Counted from the stretch's first letter, positions 43,659 through 55,445 are shown. The stretch is DNA of 57,427 nt from Prasinococcaceae sp. CCMP 1430 (GCA_013416795.1 RQSC01000306.1:1324-58750); one strand, 5' to 3'. Notes: a model not told the origin generated them from the letters alone. A program made the numbers and translations.

Positions 43659-44588
43659 ATGGCGGCGGGCGCGCAGACGCAGGCATCGGAGCGTGGCGCG
43701 GATCTGGAGGCGGCGGTGCGCGATGAGCGCGCGCAGTGGCAAGACGCGCTTGAGCGCGAGCGGCTCGACGGCGCCGGCGGCGGCGGGCACCAGTCAACGG
43801 TGATTCACGCCGAGGCGTTGCGGATGCGCAGGGAGGCGGCGGCGGAGGCTCAGCTGCACCGCGGCAGGCTGAACGAAATTCTACGAGAGCTGGCCGTCGC
43901 CGAGCGCCGGCGCGATGCCATGCGCAGCCGGCTGGGGGCATTTGAGGCGGCGAAGGCACGCATTAAAGAGGCCGACGAGGCCGCCAAGAGAATGAGACAG
44001 GCGCGCGCCGACGAGCAGGCGCAGCAGGCGCGCACCAACAAGAGACAGCGCGCGCGGGGCAAGAAAAAGCGCGCAGTTGCGCGCTCCAAGCTTCAGGCCA
44101 GCGTCGAGGCCGCTGCGAAGGAGGTCAGGACGCTGCTCGCCGAAGAGAGGGAGGCCTCTGCGCAGCAGGCGGAGGTGCAGCAGAGGGAGCGCGAGATGGC
44201 GTGCGAGGAGAGCCGCCGGGCGACGAGGAGGATGCGCCGCGCCGCGAGGAAGGTGGACGCCACGCGGCGAGCGGCGGCCGAGGAGGTGCGCGTGCAGCTT
44301 GATGCCGATCGTGAGCTCGTGGCCGCGTTTCGCGAGGCCGAGCGTGCGAGGGGAGAGGCTGCTCTCGCGGCCGAGCGCCGTGCGCGCGCAGCGTTTGCAC
44401 GCTCGGAGAGGCGCCGCTTGGCCGCCAAGCGCCATGCGGCCACTGCGAAGAGTGGCTGGGAGGAAGAGTACGAGGCGNCGGCGCGCAGCCTCTCTGGCGG
44501 CGCGGCACGCACGAGCGCGCGCGCGCACGCGCATGGCGGCGCTCGCGCGCACAAAGTCGCCCGTGGCTACATCATATCGTATATTTGA
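43659..44588 (+). CDS. Hypothetical E/R/A-rich coiled-coil protein (single N at 44478)
   Basis: ATG 43659, long charged helical ORF with coding-like GC3; no family recognised. Confidence 0.6.
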   Translation: MAAGAQTQASERGADLEAAVRDERAQWQDALERERLDGAGGGGHQSTVIHAEALRMRREAAAEAQLHRGRLNEILRELAVAERRRDAMRSRLGAFEAAKARIKEADEAAKRMRQARADEQAQQARTNKRQRARGKKKRAVARSKLQASVEAAAKEVRTLLAEEREASAQQAEVQQREREMACEESRRATRRMRRAARKVDATRRAAAEEVRVQLDADRELVAAFREAERARGEAALAAERRARAAFARSERRRLAAKRHAATAKSGWEEEYEAXARSLSGGAARTSARAHAHGGARAHKVARGYIISYI

Positions 44589-45310
44589 TCCATTCATCAC
44601 AGCACTGCGCGACTCGCGGGCCGCCGTCGCTGGTCAAAGTCAATGCGCATGCGCTCGCCCGGGCGGGCGTGGGTTGCGCCCGACGCCGATCGGGGTGTGT
44701 CGATCCCACGTGGAGGGAGCCGTGCCGCCGCGCGGGCCTCCCTTTTCCCTCTATCGATTCAGACCTCATCTTTGATTGATTTTGATGGCTTCATTGCACT
44801 AACACATACACGCTCCCATTGTTGTCGGGCTTCCGATCCGAGCGCCGCGCGCGGGCCCGCGACGGGCGGCGGGGCGGCGCCCCGCCCGAACCCATCGTTC
44901 GACCCGTTCCGGGGCGGGGGGACGNNNNNNNNNNNNNNNNNNNNNNNNNNNNNNNNNNNNNNNNNNNNNNNNNNNNNNNNNNNNNNNNNNNNNNNNNNNN
45001 NNNNNNNNNNNNNNNNNNNNNNNNNNNNNNNNNNNNNNNNNNNNNNNNNNNNNNNNNNNNNNNNNNNNNNNNNNNNNNNNNNNNNNNNNNNNNNNNNNNN
45101 NNNNNNNNNNNNNNNNNNNNNNNNNNNNNNNNNNNNNNNNNNNNNNNNNNNNNNNNNNNNNNNNNNNNNNNNNNNNNNNNNNNNNNNNNNNNNNNNNNNN
45201 NNNNNNNNNNNNNNNNNNNNNNNNNNNNNNNNNNNNNNNNNNNNNNNNNNNNNNNNNNNNNNNNNNNNNNNNNNNNNNNNNNNNNNNNNNNNNNNNNNNN
45301 NNNNNNNNNN

Positions 45311-46418
45311 CGGGGCGGCCCAGGGCGGCGCGGCGCTGCGGGAGGGCACGAGCTGCGCGGCGGCGCGCGCGCTCGCCGAGAGCTCGCTCGTGGCGCTGCG
45401 CGCGGCCGACGCGGCCCATGCCAGGGGCGAGCCATGTGAACGCACGCTGCAGCTGCTGCTTGCCGACATCGCCGGCCTGGTCGGCGCCGACGCGGCGAGG
45501 CGGCTAGACGTGCGCGAGGGGGCGCGCTTCTACTCGCCCGTGGCGGAGCGCGTCGCCTCGGACCCGGCGCTCGTCGATGAGCTCCTGCCGCTCGTCGCGC
45601 GCCTGCGCACGCAGGCGTGGGCTGCGCCTGCACTCGCGCTGCTGCTGCACCAGTGGATGTGGGCGCCGCGCTCGCCGAGGCGTGGGGCGGCCGTCCCGCA
45701 GCCCGTCGTCGTGCTCGTCCACCGCGGCATGCGCGAGCTCTTCTACATGGACCTGGAGACGGACGCCGAGCGCTTCAAGGAGGTGCATCGCGTCGCGTGG
45801 GAGTCGCTCGGCTCGCGCTCGGGCGCGCTCGCCTCTGCGGCGCCCGCGCAGCGCCGCGAGGCGCTCGCGACGCTCGCGGCATTTGCGTTGTACTACGGAG
45901 CGGACCCATGCTCGGAGCGGCTCGCGGCGGCGGTCGGCGCCATGCCCGACGAGCACGGCTGGTGCTCCGACTCGGACGCGGACACGGCCACGCTCGTCGC
46001 GGAGGCCGCTTCCCTATTGCTCGAGACGGTCAACATCACGCCCGCGCTGCTCAGGGTGCTGCGTGCCGTGCGCGAGCACATGCCGCCGCACATATCGCGC
46101 GTGGAGGACGCGACGCGGCTGAGGCTGGAACGCGTGCTGTATAAGCTGGCAACCCCGGGGGGGAACCGCATGCCGTGCGAGGCCGTGCAGACTTCGGCCC
46201 GGGAGGCCCTCGACGCGCTGTGCCCCGTCGGGCGGCGCGGGAGGTGGGCGGTGTCGGGCGCGCTGAACGTGCTCGCGCGGCCCACGCACGCAACCGGCGT
46301 CGTCGCAAAGCACCTCATCCGGACGGTCGCGTGGGCGCTCACGTGGCCGATGGCCGCCGTGCAAGGCCAGCACGCGCGTGCGAGCGACAGCAGCACGAGT
46401 TCGGGAGGTAGCGTCTAG
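45311..46418 (+). CDS. Uncharacterised helical protein, N-terminus in the N gap; resembles a conserved green-plant unknown protein
   Basis: Open frame after the gap; LYKLATPGG..P.EAV..SAREALDALCPVG recalls a plant uncharacterised motif (from memory, unverified). Confidence 0.55.
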
Positions 46419-46797
46419 AATTGCACACCGGGAGACGGCGGCGCGCAGGACGGGGAGGCGCGCAAGACGACAGCGGCAGTCGCGCCGCCCGCTTCGGCCT
46501 CGCCATCCCGTTTGCGGGGCCGGGCGACCAAACAAACGCGTGTCGAAGGGAGAGAGCGACATCCTAGAGCCAGTAGCAGCAGCGGAGTATATTAGTGAGG
46601 ATAGTGCTAGAGCTGGCGATCAGAGCGGCGTAGACACGGGCCCCTCTAGAGAGCCAGCGGCATGCGAAGGGCGGCCCAGCCACGCCTGGGAGCGGCGCCC
46701 TCGAGGCTGACCTAACCTTGTGAAACAAGAATGGTACACAATTACACAGCGGCTCCTCGCCAGCCACCTTGCTCGCTCCAGGAGCGCACCCCGGCCG

Positions 46798-48578
46798 TCA
46801 CGCCTTGAACTCCTCGAGCTCCTCGCCGGTGCTGAAGGCATTCCACACCACGGTGCCCAGCACGTACAGACCGACCGCAACGGTCCACACCTGGTCCCAG
46901 CTCCCATCTTCGAGGATGACGCCGACGGCGTACGTGCCCAGCACGCCCGCCAGCACGCCCGCGGTGTTGCTCATCCCGAGCAGCACGCCCGCGTACCGCG
47001 GTGCAATGTCCTGGTGGTTTGAATACAGCCCTGACTGCGAGAAGGCGTCGCACGACTGGCTGATCACCAGCAGCGCCACGGCCTCCTGCGGCGAGTTGAC
47101 CGAGCTCAGCAGGCTGAGGCACACCGCCGGGCCCATGAAGCCGATCGACTGCATGAGCTTGCGAGTGAACGTGACGCTCGTGCCCTTGCCGATGAGCTGC
47201 GTGTCGGCGAAGTAGCCCGCCGCGTTTGAGGCGATGGCCATGGAGATCCACGGCAGCACCGAGTAAAAGCCCGACTCGAAGAGGTCAAAGCCCAGCACGT
47301 CTGCGTAGTACGTGGGCATCCACGTGAGCAGAATGAAGGTGCCCCAGTTGTGGCAGAAGTGGCACACGATGATGGCCCACACCTCGCTGCGGCCCAGCAG
47401 CCTCCGCCACGGAATCTCCTCGGCGGGCGCGCGCGTGCTCGTCGACTGGACGATGTACTCGCGCTCGCGCTCGCCCACGCGCTCGTCCTCCTCCGGCCCG
47501 CTCGCGCCCGCGAAGTACCACGTCGCGCCCCACAACAGTCCGAAGCTGCCGAAGAGCAAGAACACCGACTCGAAGCCGTAGTTGGAGATGAGGAAGGGGC
47601 TGCACGAAAGCCCCGCGATGGAGCCCACAAACATGCCGCTGTACACGAAGGCAAGGCTACGGCTGCGCTCCTGCTTGGGGATCCAGCGGCTCAGCAGCGT
47701 ATTCATCGCGGGCATCGCCACGCCCTCGCCCACCCCCATCATCGCGCGGCACAGCAGCAGCGTCGGCAGGCCCGCACGCGCGGCGACTGGCGTGAGCACC
47801 GTCGCGAGAGACCACCAAAGGACGCCAAAGCCGAGCACGACCTTGCCACCCATGCGGTCCGCCCACACGCCACCGGCCACCTGCGTGAGCAAGTAGCCCC
47901 AGAAGAAGCTGCTCTGCACGAGGCCCTTCGTCGACGGGCCCCAGCCGAACTCCTCGCTCATGGGAAGCATTGCTATCGAAAGGTTGACGCGGTCCATGTT
48001 GCACAGTCTGGTGTGACGGCGCCGCGGGTGACGCGTTGGAGATGCGTGCACGTGAGTTCCACAGGGAAGGCGCCGGTCAGAGCGGGGGTGGTGTGGAATG
48101 GGATGCGGGCGGCGCGCGGAGGCGCGAGATGGGGCGGGCGCGGGTCAGAACCAGGGTTCGGTCCCGCCGAGGACGACCGCAGGCGCTGGTGGGCGAGGAG
48201 GGCGCGAGCGAGCGCACCGCCTCGCCACGGCGCGCTTGGCGGGCGCGAGCAACCCGCCACTGCCGCCCTAAACGTACATGAACGCGGCGAAGCAGAAGCC
48301 CACGATCTGCAGCCGCCGCCGCCCGCCCCCATCGCCGCCCCCGCCTTGCAACGCGCCCTCATTCCCTCGGTCCTCGCCGTTGACCTTTCCCCCCGCTACC
48401 GGCGCCTTGACCACGAGCTGGCCATCGCCGTCGCGCTCACCGCCGGCCCGTGCGAGGGCGTCGCCTGCGAGCTCGCGCTCGCTGCCGGATCGCGCCGCGC
48501 GCGCGCGGACGCTGCTGCGCGCAGGCAGGCGCCCGGCCTTGCGGACGCCGGACGAAACCTAAACCTTCCCGCTCGCAT
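46798..48578 (-). CDS. PHT4: MFS anion:cation symporter, PHT4/ANTR family (plastid phosphate/ascorbate transporter type), spliced
   Basis: RRRLQIVGFCFAAF-I-LCNMDRVNLSIAMLPM, QSSFFWGYLLTQ..GG.WADR.GGK, GVGEGVAMPAMN, CHFCHNWG, LYSNHQDIAPRYAGVLLGMSNTAG; first exon (ATG 48578) is tentative. Confidence 0.92.
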
Positions 48579-48674
48579 CCGGCCGAGATATCTGATTAAA
48601 ATGAATTGAAAAGCTTTATAAGATAGACCCTTTTACCGATTTGAACCGTTACGGGCGGCCGCGGCGCCGCTGAC

Positions 48675-51600
48675 GTGGCGCGCGCGGGGGCGCCCGGCGC
48701 GCTGGGGATCACCCAGGATGAGGCGCGCGACGCCATCGACGCCATGTACCAGTACGCCGAGGAGACCTACCTGAACTCGGGCGCGGCGGGCATGCCGCGC
48801 TGCGTGGCCGCGCACGACTCGAGCAACGTCACCGCGAACGTCGCCGCCTGCCCGGACGGCGCGCCCGCCTCGCTGGACGAGGCGCGCGCGCGCGCGTGGG
48901 AGCTGGCGCCGCTGCTGCGCTTCCATCCCCTCGAGCAGTTCTTTCCGGGCGCCGTGGAGGACTGGCTCGCGGCCGCGCGCGTGTTCCTCGCCTCGGGCGA
49001 GCTCGTGGGCGACGCGACCGAGAGGACGGTCAAGAACATCACCGCCCAGACGACGCAAATCTTCGACGAGGCGATTTCGGTCTCCAGCGTCTCGTACATG
49101 AGCGCGATGGACAACGTGACGGCCGGCGCGCAGTTCGACCCCGCGGCGCAGAGCTTCGACTACACCGGCTCGCCCTTCGAGACCGTCGGCGGGAACGGCA
49201 CCGGCGGCGGGGCTGACGGCGGCGGCGGCGGCTCCGCCGGCGACAGCAGCGGCGGCGGCGGCTTCGAGGCGTACGGCTCCTCGACGGCGCCGCTGTACTA
49301 CAACGTGTACGCCACCAACCAAAGCACCTACGTCTTCAACTTCTTCGTGTGGTACCCGTGGAACGGCTGCTCGGACCTGCAGCTCACCCTGACGTCCTTC
49401 GGGGCGTGGGAATGGCTCGACTTCGTGGCGTGCGCGGTCGGCGTCCACGAGGGCGACTGGGAGGGCACCAGCGTGGAGGTGTGCGCGAGCTCGCTCGCCG
49501 GCGACGGCGAGCCCGTCATCCTCAAGCAGTGGATACGATCGCACGGGTGGAACGCCGTGTACGACTGCACCGCCGGAGAGTGCTCGCTGGCCAACGCCAG
49601 CGCCGCGGCCTCAGAGGGCATGCCCGGCGTGCTCTCCACGCACTCGGAGGTCCTGGTCGCCCAGAACTCGCACGCGGGCTATCACAGGGACCTGGAGGCG
49701 AGCGAGGTCGTGTACGTCGAGATCACCGGAGACGACCTGCTCGTGCCCGACATCCACGGTCTGTTCGTGACGGACCGGACCTGGACGGGCCGCTCCGCCT
49801 TCGCGCTCGGGGTGGTCGACGGCTCCGACGGAGGGGCGGGCGGCAACAGCAGCGATGGCAACGCCACGAACACCAGTGCCAATGCCAGCAGCACCGTCGG
49901 CGCCGAGTCGCTGGCGGGGAGCAACGAGTTCGGCCTGCGCGTGCTCATACCGACGGCGGACAACGTGATCGAGCTCCCCGACCCCTCGGAAGTGGACCTG
50001 TCGCAGGCGGCGCTCAGCGCGATCCCAGAGGACCAGCGCTTCGACCTGAACGACACGTCGTGGAACGTGTACCAGGGCCTATGGGGGCGGAGCTTCATCG
50101 AATCCTTCGCCGTGTTCGAACCGTACTGCTACGTTGAGCGGCAGACCGCGCTGGTCAACTGCAACGCGCTCAAGGTCACGTTCGCCGGGATCATGGAGGC
50201 CGCCTTCGAGGTGCTGGGCGTCGCCTCCGACGCCAGCTTCGGCATCGAGGAGGACGCAGCGGACGGCGCCGACGACTCCGATTCCGCTCGGCTGGGCTCA
50301 TTCTGCGGCGCCGTCATCATCGGCTCGACGCAGGAGGCCGCCGCCCTCTCGACCAACGGCCCCACCGGCCCTTCGTCCAAGGTCTACTGGGCGACGCCGG
50401 AGGTGGCCAAGGCGTACCCGCGCCAGGCCGCCGTGGCTGCCAACGCCTCGAACCTCACCGCCGAGCCGTTTTGCGCGAACTACAGCACGACCCGCGCCGA
50501 CGAGGAGGAGTTCCCGTGGTTCGACAGTTACTCCGACGGTCTCCTCGGCGCCGTGCTCGCAGTCATCGCGTGCATCGGCGTGCTGGTGGCGCTGCTGATC
50601 GCGCTGTCCGTCCTCGCGCCCGAGAGCACCGACGAGAGCTCCGGGAGGTGCGCGCGCTGCCTGTGGTGGACCTACGGGCTCCTCCCCGGATGGATGCTCA
50701 CGGCCCTCATCTTGGCGATCATCGGCTTCGTCATGTCCGTCGTGAGCCTCACGCAGGGCGTCGATCTCATGGACCGGTACTTTTCGACCAGCGACACGTG
50801 GGCGAGCCTCAAGGTCGTCCTGTACGTCTTCCTGGCGCTCGTCATGGCCCTCGACATCATCGTTTTCCTGTTCGCCCTCTTCGCCACCGACGAGGACAGG
50901 CCGATCTGGCGCATACACTGGTTCACGAGGAGCAAGCCCTGGATGAAGAGGCACGGCGGGACGGTGCTCTTCGTCTTCACCTTTTTGGTCGTGATGGCGG
51001 CGTTCTTGAGCGCGCTGTACATGGCCGCGGGCGCCATCATCTGGTTTGTCAAGACGCTGCTCGATGACGGGTGCAGCATCTTCAACGAGGGCGCCGAGCG
51101 CGTGTGCATCGACCTGTCGGGCTTTGGCCTGTCCTCCATCGGCTGCCAGACCGGCCTGCAGGTGGACGTGATCCAGTTCTGCAACAACTGGTGCGTGCGT
51201 CGATGCGGGCAGTCAGTGTTGTGCATGCGCCGACTGACGCGCTCGGTCAGGCAGGTCCTGCCCGCGGCGAGCGCCACTGACCCCGATCCCCCGCGCGCTG
51301 CCCCTCGCCCGTCGGCCATCCCTCCCGCGCTCCTCTTCGCGGGCGCGCGCGGCTCCGTCGCAGGGAGTCCTTCCATCCCGAGGTCCTGGCGGTCGGCGGG
51401 CTCGTGCTGACGCTCGCGCAGATGATTCTGTTGATCCAGGTGGGCTACGACATCTGCTTCTTCAAGCGGGTCTTCATGGAATACCGCCAACTCGAGCACG
51501 TGCCCGGGGACATCAAGGAGCCCGACGCGCCCCAGTTCATGACGGAGGACGCGCTGAAGGGCGCCCGAGGCGCGGATGCGAAGGTGGCGACCACCGACGG

Positions 51601-51790
51601 CAAGGCTGCGGCGCAGCTTACGCCGCCGACGCAGCACGAGGCCACTGCCATGCCCTCGTACGCCGACTTCGACTCGGACATCGAAGCGGACCGAGAGAAC
51701 TTGAACGGCGCGGCGGCGCCCAACGCGGGCGCCGAGGGAGCGCCGAACGGATCGAGGAGGGCGGTCGAGCTCGCCGAGTTCGCGGTCTAG
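48675..51790 (+). CDS. Vps62-like (DUF946-type) domain followed by five TM segments; intron about 51192-51363; start uncertain
   Basis: LAPLLRFHPLEQFFP, PLYYNVY, FNFFVWYPWNG, VGVHEGDWEG, SHG, VAQNSHAGY; many NxS/T sequons; hydrophobic segments with a CIDL..FG..C..FC loop. Confidence 0.68.
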
Positions 51791-51976
51791 TCTCAGGCTC
51801 GCGACCGAGGAGCGCGGGGCGCCGCTCCGCCCGCCCGCCCGCGACGGTGGGCGCGACGGCGGCGCAATCGTAGTGTGATAGATCAGCATTTTTACCGCAT
51901 CGGCGCGGCCCCCGCCGCGGCCCGGGTCCGGGCGGCGGGCGGAGGGTCGCGCCGCTCTAAGCTCTACCAGCTATGG

Positions 51977-53214
51977 CTAGGACGTCCACCTCGGGAGCGC
52001 GGAGGCCCACCCCAGCGCGAGCGCCGCCCAGTAGTACCCCTGGAAGCCGCCCTTCTTCACCTTGTGGAGCCTCTTGTCGATGCCCGCGCCGCTGGTGGCG
52101 TGCACGACCGCCGAGGTCACGCACATGGCCGCAGGCAGCCAGTAGCCGTAGGTGGGCGTCACGCCCGCGCTCAGCAGGCCGTAGCCCATGAGCAGCGCGC
52201 CGAGCGCGCCCGCGCGGCGGTTGGGATCGAGCCAGAAGCCCGCCATGAGCATGTCGCCCAGCGCGATGCACGCGCTCTGCGCGGGGGTGAACGTCCTGAA
52301 GAGCGCGAACTGCTGGCGCGTCATGAAGAAGTCGGCGGGGATGGCCGCGTACATCTGCACGTCCCACTTGGCGGAGAGCGCCGACAGCGCCCGGAGCGCG
52401 GCGCGGCCCACCCAGAAGGTCACCTGCCTGCTGGCGTCGCCGCTCTTCCACACGCCGCCCAGCAGGGTGGCGAACGCCGGCTGCGGGAAGAACGCCAGGA
52501 AGTTGACCAGCAGCATGGTGCACACGGAGTACGCGCCCGCCAGCGCGGCCGCCGCGCGGTCCTCGGGCGTGGGCGCGGCGAGCGCGCGCGCGGCCGTCGC
52601 GGCGACGGCCTTGGCGATGCTCAGGCACGCCGCGACCACGCCCATCATGAAGAAGGCGCCCACGTTCTCGAGCTGGTACAGCAGGCTCGCCGCGAAGTAG
52701 TCGCCGCGCGCGACGAGCGCGCCCATCGCCAGGTACGCCAGCGCGGCGGCGCGCCCCCTGCCCTTGAGGCGCTTGAAGCCCACGTAGGCGAGCAGGACGA
52801 GCAGCCAGACGTGGACGTTGACGGCGCGCAGCGCGGCGCCGGCGGCGCCCTTGGGGTACTCCATCGCGTTCAGCAGCGGCACGCGGCGCCAGACGAACGC
52901 CGCCAGCGCGTGCGGCTGCAGCAGGCCGAGCGGCGCGAGCGTGCCGGAGATCCACAGCCCCCACGCCACCTGCTTGCCCCACGCCTTGCCGTACGCGTTG
53001 AGCTTCTTGCGCACCCAGCCGTGGCCGGCGGGCCGCGCGAGCTCGGCGATCGCGCGCGCCGCGACGAGCGCGCCCTCCTCGGCGGGCGTGCGCTTGAAGC
53101 TCGCGTGGCTCGCGTGGACGAGGGCGGCGGGGGCGGCGGCCTCGTGCCCGTCGTCGTTTCGGGGCTGCGGCTGCTGCTGCTGCTGCTGCTGTCCCTGGGC
53201 GGCGGCGGCCGCCG
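51977..53214 (-). CDS. Uncharacterised polytopic membrane protein (N-terminus interrupted by N gap 53215-53250)
   Basis: About 410-aa open frame with strong GC3 bias and several hydrophobic segments; no family recognised. Confidence 0.62.
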
Positions 53215-54027
53215 NNNNNNNNNNNNNNNNNNNNNNNNNNNNNNNNNNNNGGCGTGGCCGGGGCCGGGGGCGGCCTCGGCCGCCGCGCTCGCGACACGCG
53301 CCTCCTCGGAGGAGAGCCGGAGCCGCCGGCCGCCGCCGTCGCGAGGCCGATCCAGCACGCGCACGCAGGAAGCGGCGCCGAAGCAAAGCGCCAAAGCCCA
53401 CACAGGCGAACCAAAGCCACGGGCCCTCAATCATCAACCAAGCAAACGCTGGAAGCAAAGCCAAATCCGAAGCCAAGCCTTGTACCAACCAAACGTTCGC
53501 ATGAAGCAAAGCCAGTAGGCAACCTCGGCCCAACCAGGTGCACGCAGAGAGCACACGCCCAACTGAAAGCAAAAGCCCTTCCGAAACTTGGCGGACGCCA
53601 TCGCTGGGCCGAATCGCCCCAGCCGGAATGACTAGCGCGCTCCTCCTTCCCTTTCGCTCCCCCGATTTGTTCGTTGGTTCCTGTGCGGGTTCCGGGTCCG
53701 GGTCGGTTCCGGGTTTCCTGTGGGCCTGTGCGCGGCGTTCGGGGCGCTCGCTCGCTCGCTCGCTCGAGGGCTTCGGGAGGTGGGCGGGAGCGCGCGCGCG
53801 CGCGCGGGAGCGAGCGAGGAGGGAGAGGCGGAGAGGGAGGGAGGGAGGGAGCGCACGCGCCGGCGGGTTGGGGGGAGAAGGGGGAGGGAGGAGGGNNNNN
53901 NNNNNNNNNNNNNNNNNNNNNNNNNNNNNNNNNNNNNNNNNNNNNNNNNNNNNNNNNNNNNNNNNNNNNNNNNNNNNNNNNNNNNNNNNNNNNNNNNNNN
54001 NNNNNNNNNNNNNNNNNNNNNNNNNNN

Positions 54028-55199
54028 CCGCGGGCGCCCAGGAGGCCCCGGCGGGCGCCGCGCCGCGCGCCGTCTGCGCCGAGCGCGTCGACCTGGGCCA
54101 GCGCATCGCCTACCTGGACCCCGCAGCGGGCGAGCACGTCGTCGCGGGCGAGTGGGACTTCGTGTGCGACGCGCGCTCGCCGGGGGAGTACGAGGAGGAC
54201 CACGTCATCGGCGCGCTGAGCACGCCCGTGCTGAGCGACGAGGAGCGCGCGCGCGTGGGCACGCTGTACAAGCAGGTGTCGCCCTTCGAGGCGCGCCGGC
54301 TGGGCGCGGCGCTCGTCTCGAAGAACGTGGCAGACATCCTCATGCGCGAGTTCCAGGAGGCGCCCGCCGACGCGCGCGTGCTCGTGTACTGCTGGCGCGG
54401 CGGCGACCGCAGCCTGAGCCTCGCGCACACGCTCAGCCGGGTGGGCTTCGACGTGCACCTCATCAAGGGCGGCTGGAAGGCCTACCGCGCGCGCGTGAGG
54501 GCCGAGCTGCCGTCGCTGGGCCAGTACGACCTGCGCCTGCTGCGCGGCGTCACGGGCTGCCAGAAGACCAAGCTGCTGCACGCCCTGCGCCGCAAGGGCG
54601 CGCAGGTCATCGACCTCGAGGGGGCCGCCAACCACAAGGGCTCCATCCTCGGCGTCAACGTGGACTCGGCCCAGCCCAGCCAGAAGCTGTTCGAGGGGCG
54701 GCTGGTGGCGCAGGCGGCGCGCTTCGACCGCCGCCGGCCGGTCTTCGTGGAGGGCGAGAGCAGCCTCGTCGGCCAGCGCGTGGTGCCCTCGGCGCTGCTG
54801 CACGCCATGCGCGCGGCGCCCACCGTGGTGGTCGGCGCGCCCATGGCGGAGCGCGTGCGCTTCATCCGGCGGGACTACGAGTACTTCGAGGGCCGCGCGG
54901 TCGGCGAGCTCAAGGAGAGGCTGCGCAGGCTGCGGCAGCTGCGGGGGGGGGAGACCGTCGACCGCTGGCTCGCCCAGGTGGACGCCGGGGACTTCGACGC
55001 CTTCGTGCAGGACATGCTCGAGAGCCACTACGACCCGGCGTACGAGGCCGCCGCCGCGAGGGACTGGACGGGCGAGACGCTCGAGACCGTGGTGGTGGAG
55101 GGGGTGGGCGGGGACGCGGTCGACAGGGTCGCGGAGGGGCTGCTGGCCAGGCACGACCCCGCGTGTCTCGCGGGGTCGGGGGACTCGCGTCATTCCTGA
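54028..55199 (+). CDS. selU: tRNA 2-selenouridine/geranyl-2-thiouridine synthase (rhodanese + P-loop); N-terminus in the N gap
   Basis: DARSPGEYEEDHVIGA..PVLSDEERARVGTLYKQ, VYCWRGGDRS, GGWKAYR, GVTGCQKT, IDLEGAANHKGS, QPSQKLFE, FVEGES. Confidence 0.92.
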
Positions 55200-55280
55200 G
55201 GTTGTGAAGGTGGGGCCGGCCGATCGACTCCGAGTTGAGCCGACCGACAGCGCGGCGAAGCGCGACGGCCCCCTCCGCGA

Positions 55281-55445
55281 TGTGACTAGACTACAGTAGT
55301 CTAGTAGTCTAGTAGTCTAGTAGTCTAGTAGTCTAGACTAGTCACAAGTGACTAGACTAGTCTAGTACTAGTGGACTAGTCTAGTCTAGTACTAGTGGGG
55401 CTACTGTACTACTAGTACTACTGACATGCACAAGACAGTACTACG
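55281..55445. repeat. CTAG/ACTAGT/AGTACT-dense palindromic minisatellite, including (TAGTCTAG)5 at 55297-55336
   Basis: Direct reading; bounded by the inverted 9-mers TGTGACTAG / CTAGTCACA. Confidence 0.92.

Noticed and set aside
48396-48600. PHT4/ANTR gene apparently lacking a start codon
   Set aside because: ATG 48578 gives a transit-peptide-like exon with a GTGAGC donor and several phase-compatible acceptors, so a normal model exists.
17999-48720. Spliced-leader trans-splicing as an explanation for several frames that begin at acceptor-like sites
   Set aside because: A leader would not normally supply the missing ATG or targeting peptide, and cis-splicing or assembly issues explain each case. 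There is no direct evidence in DNA.
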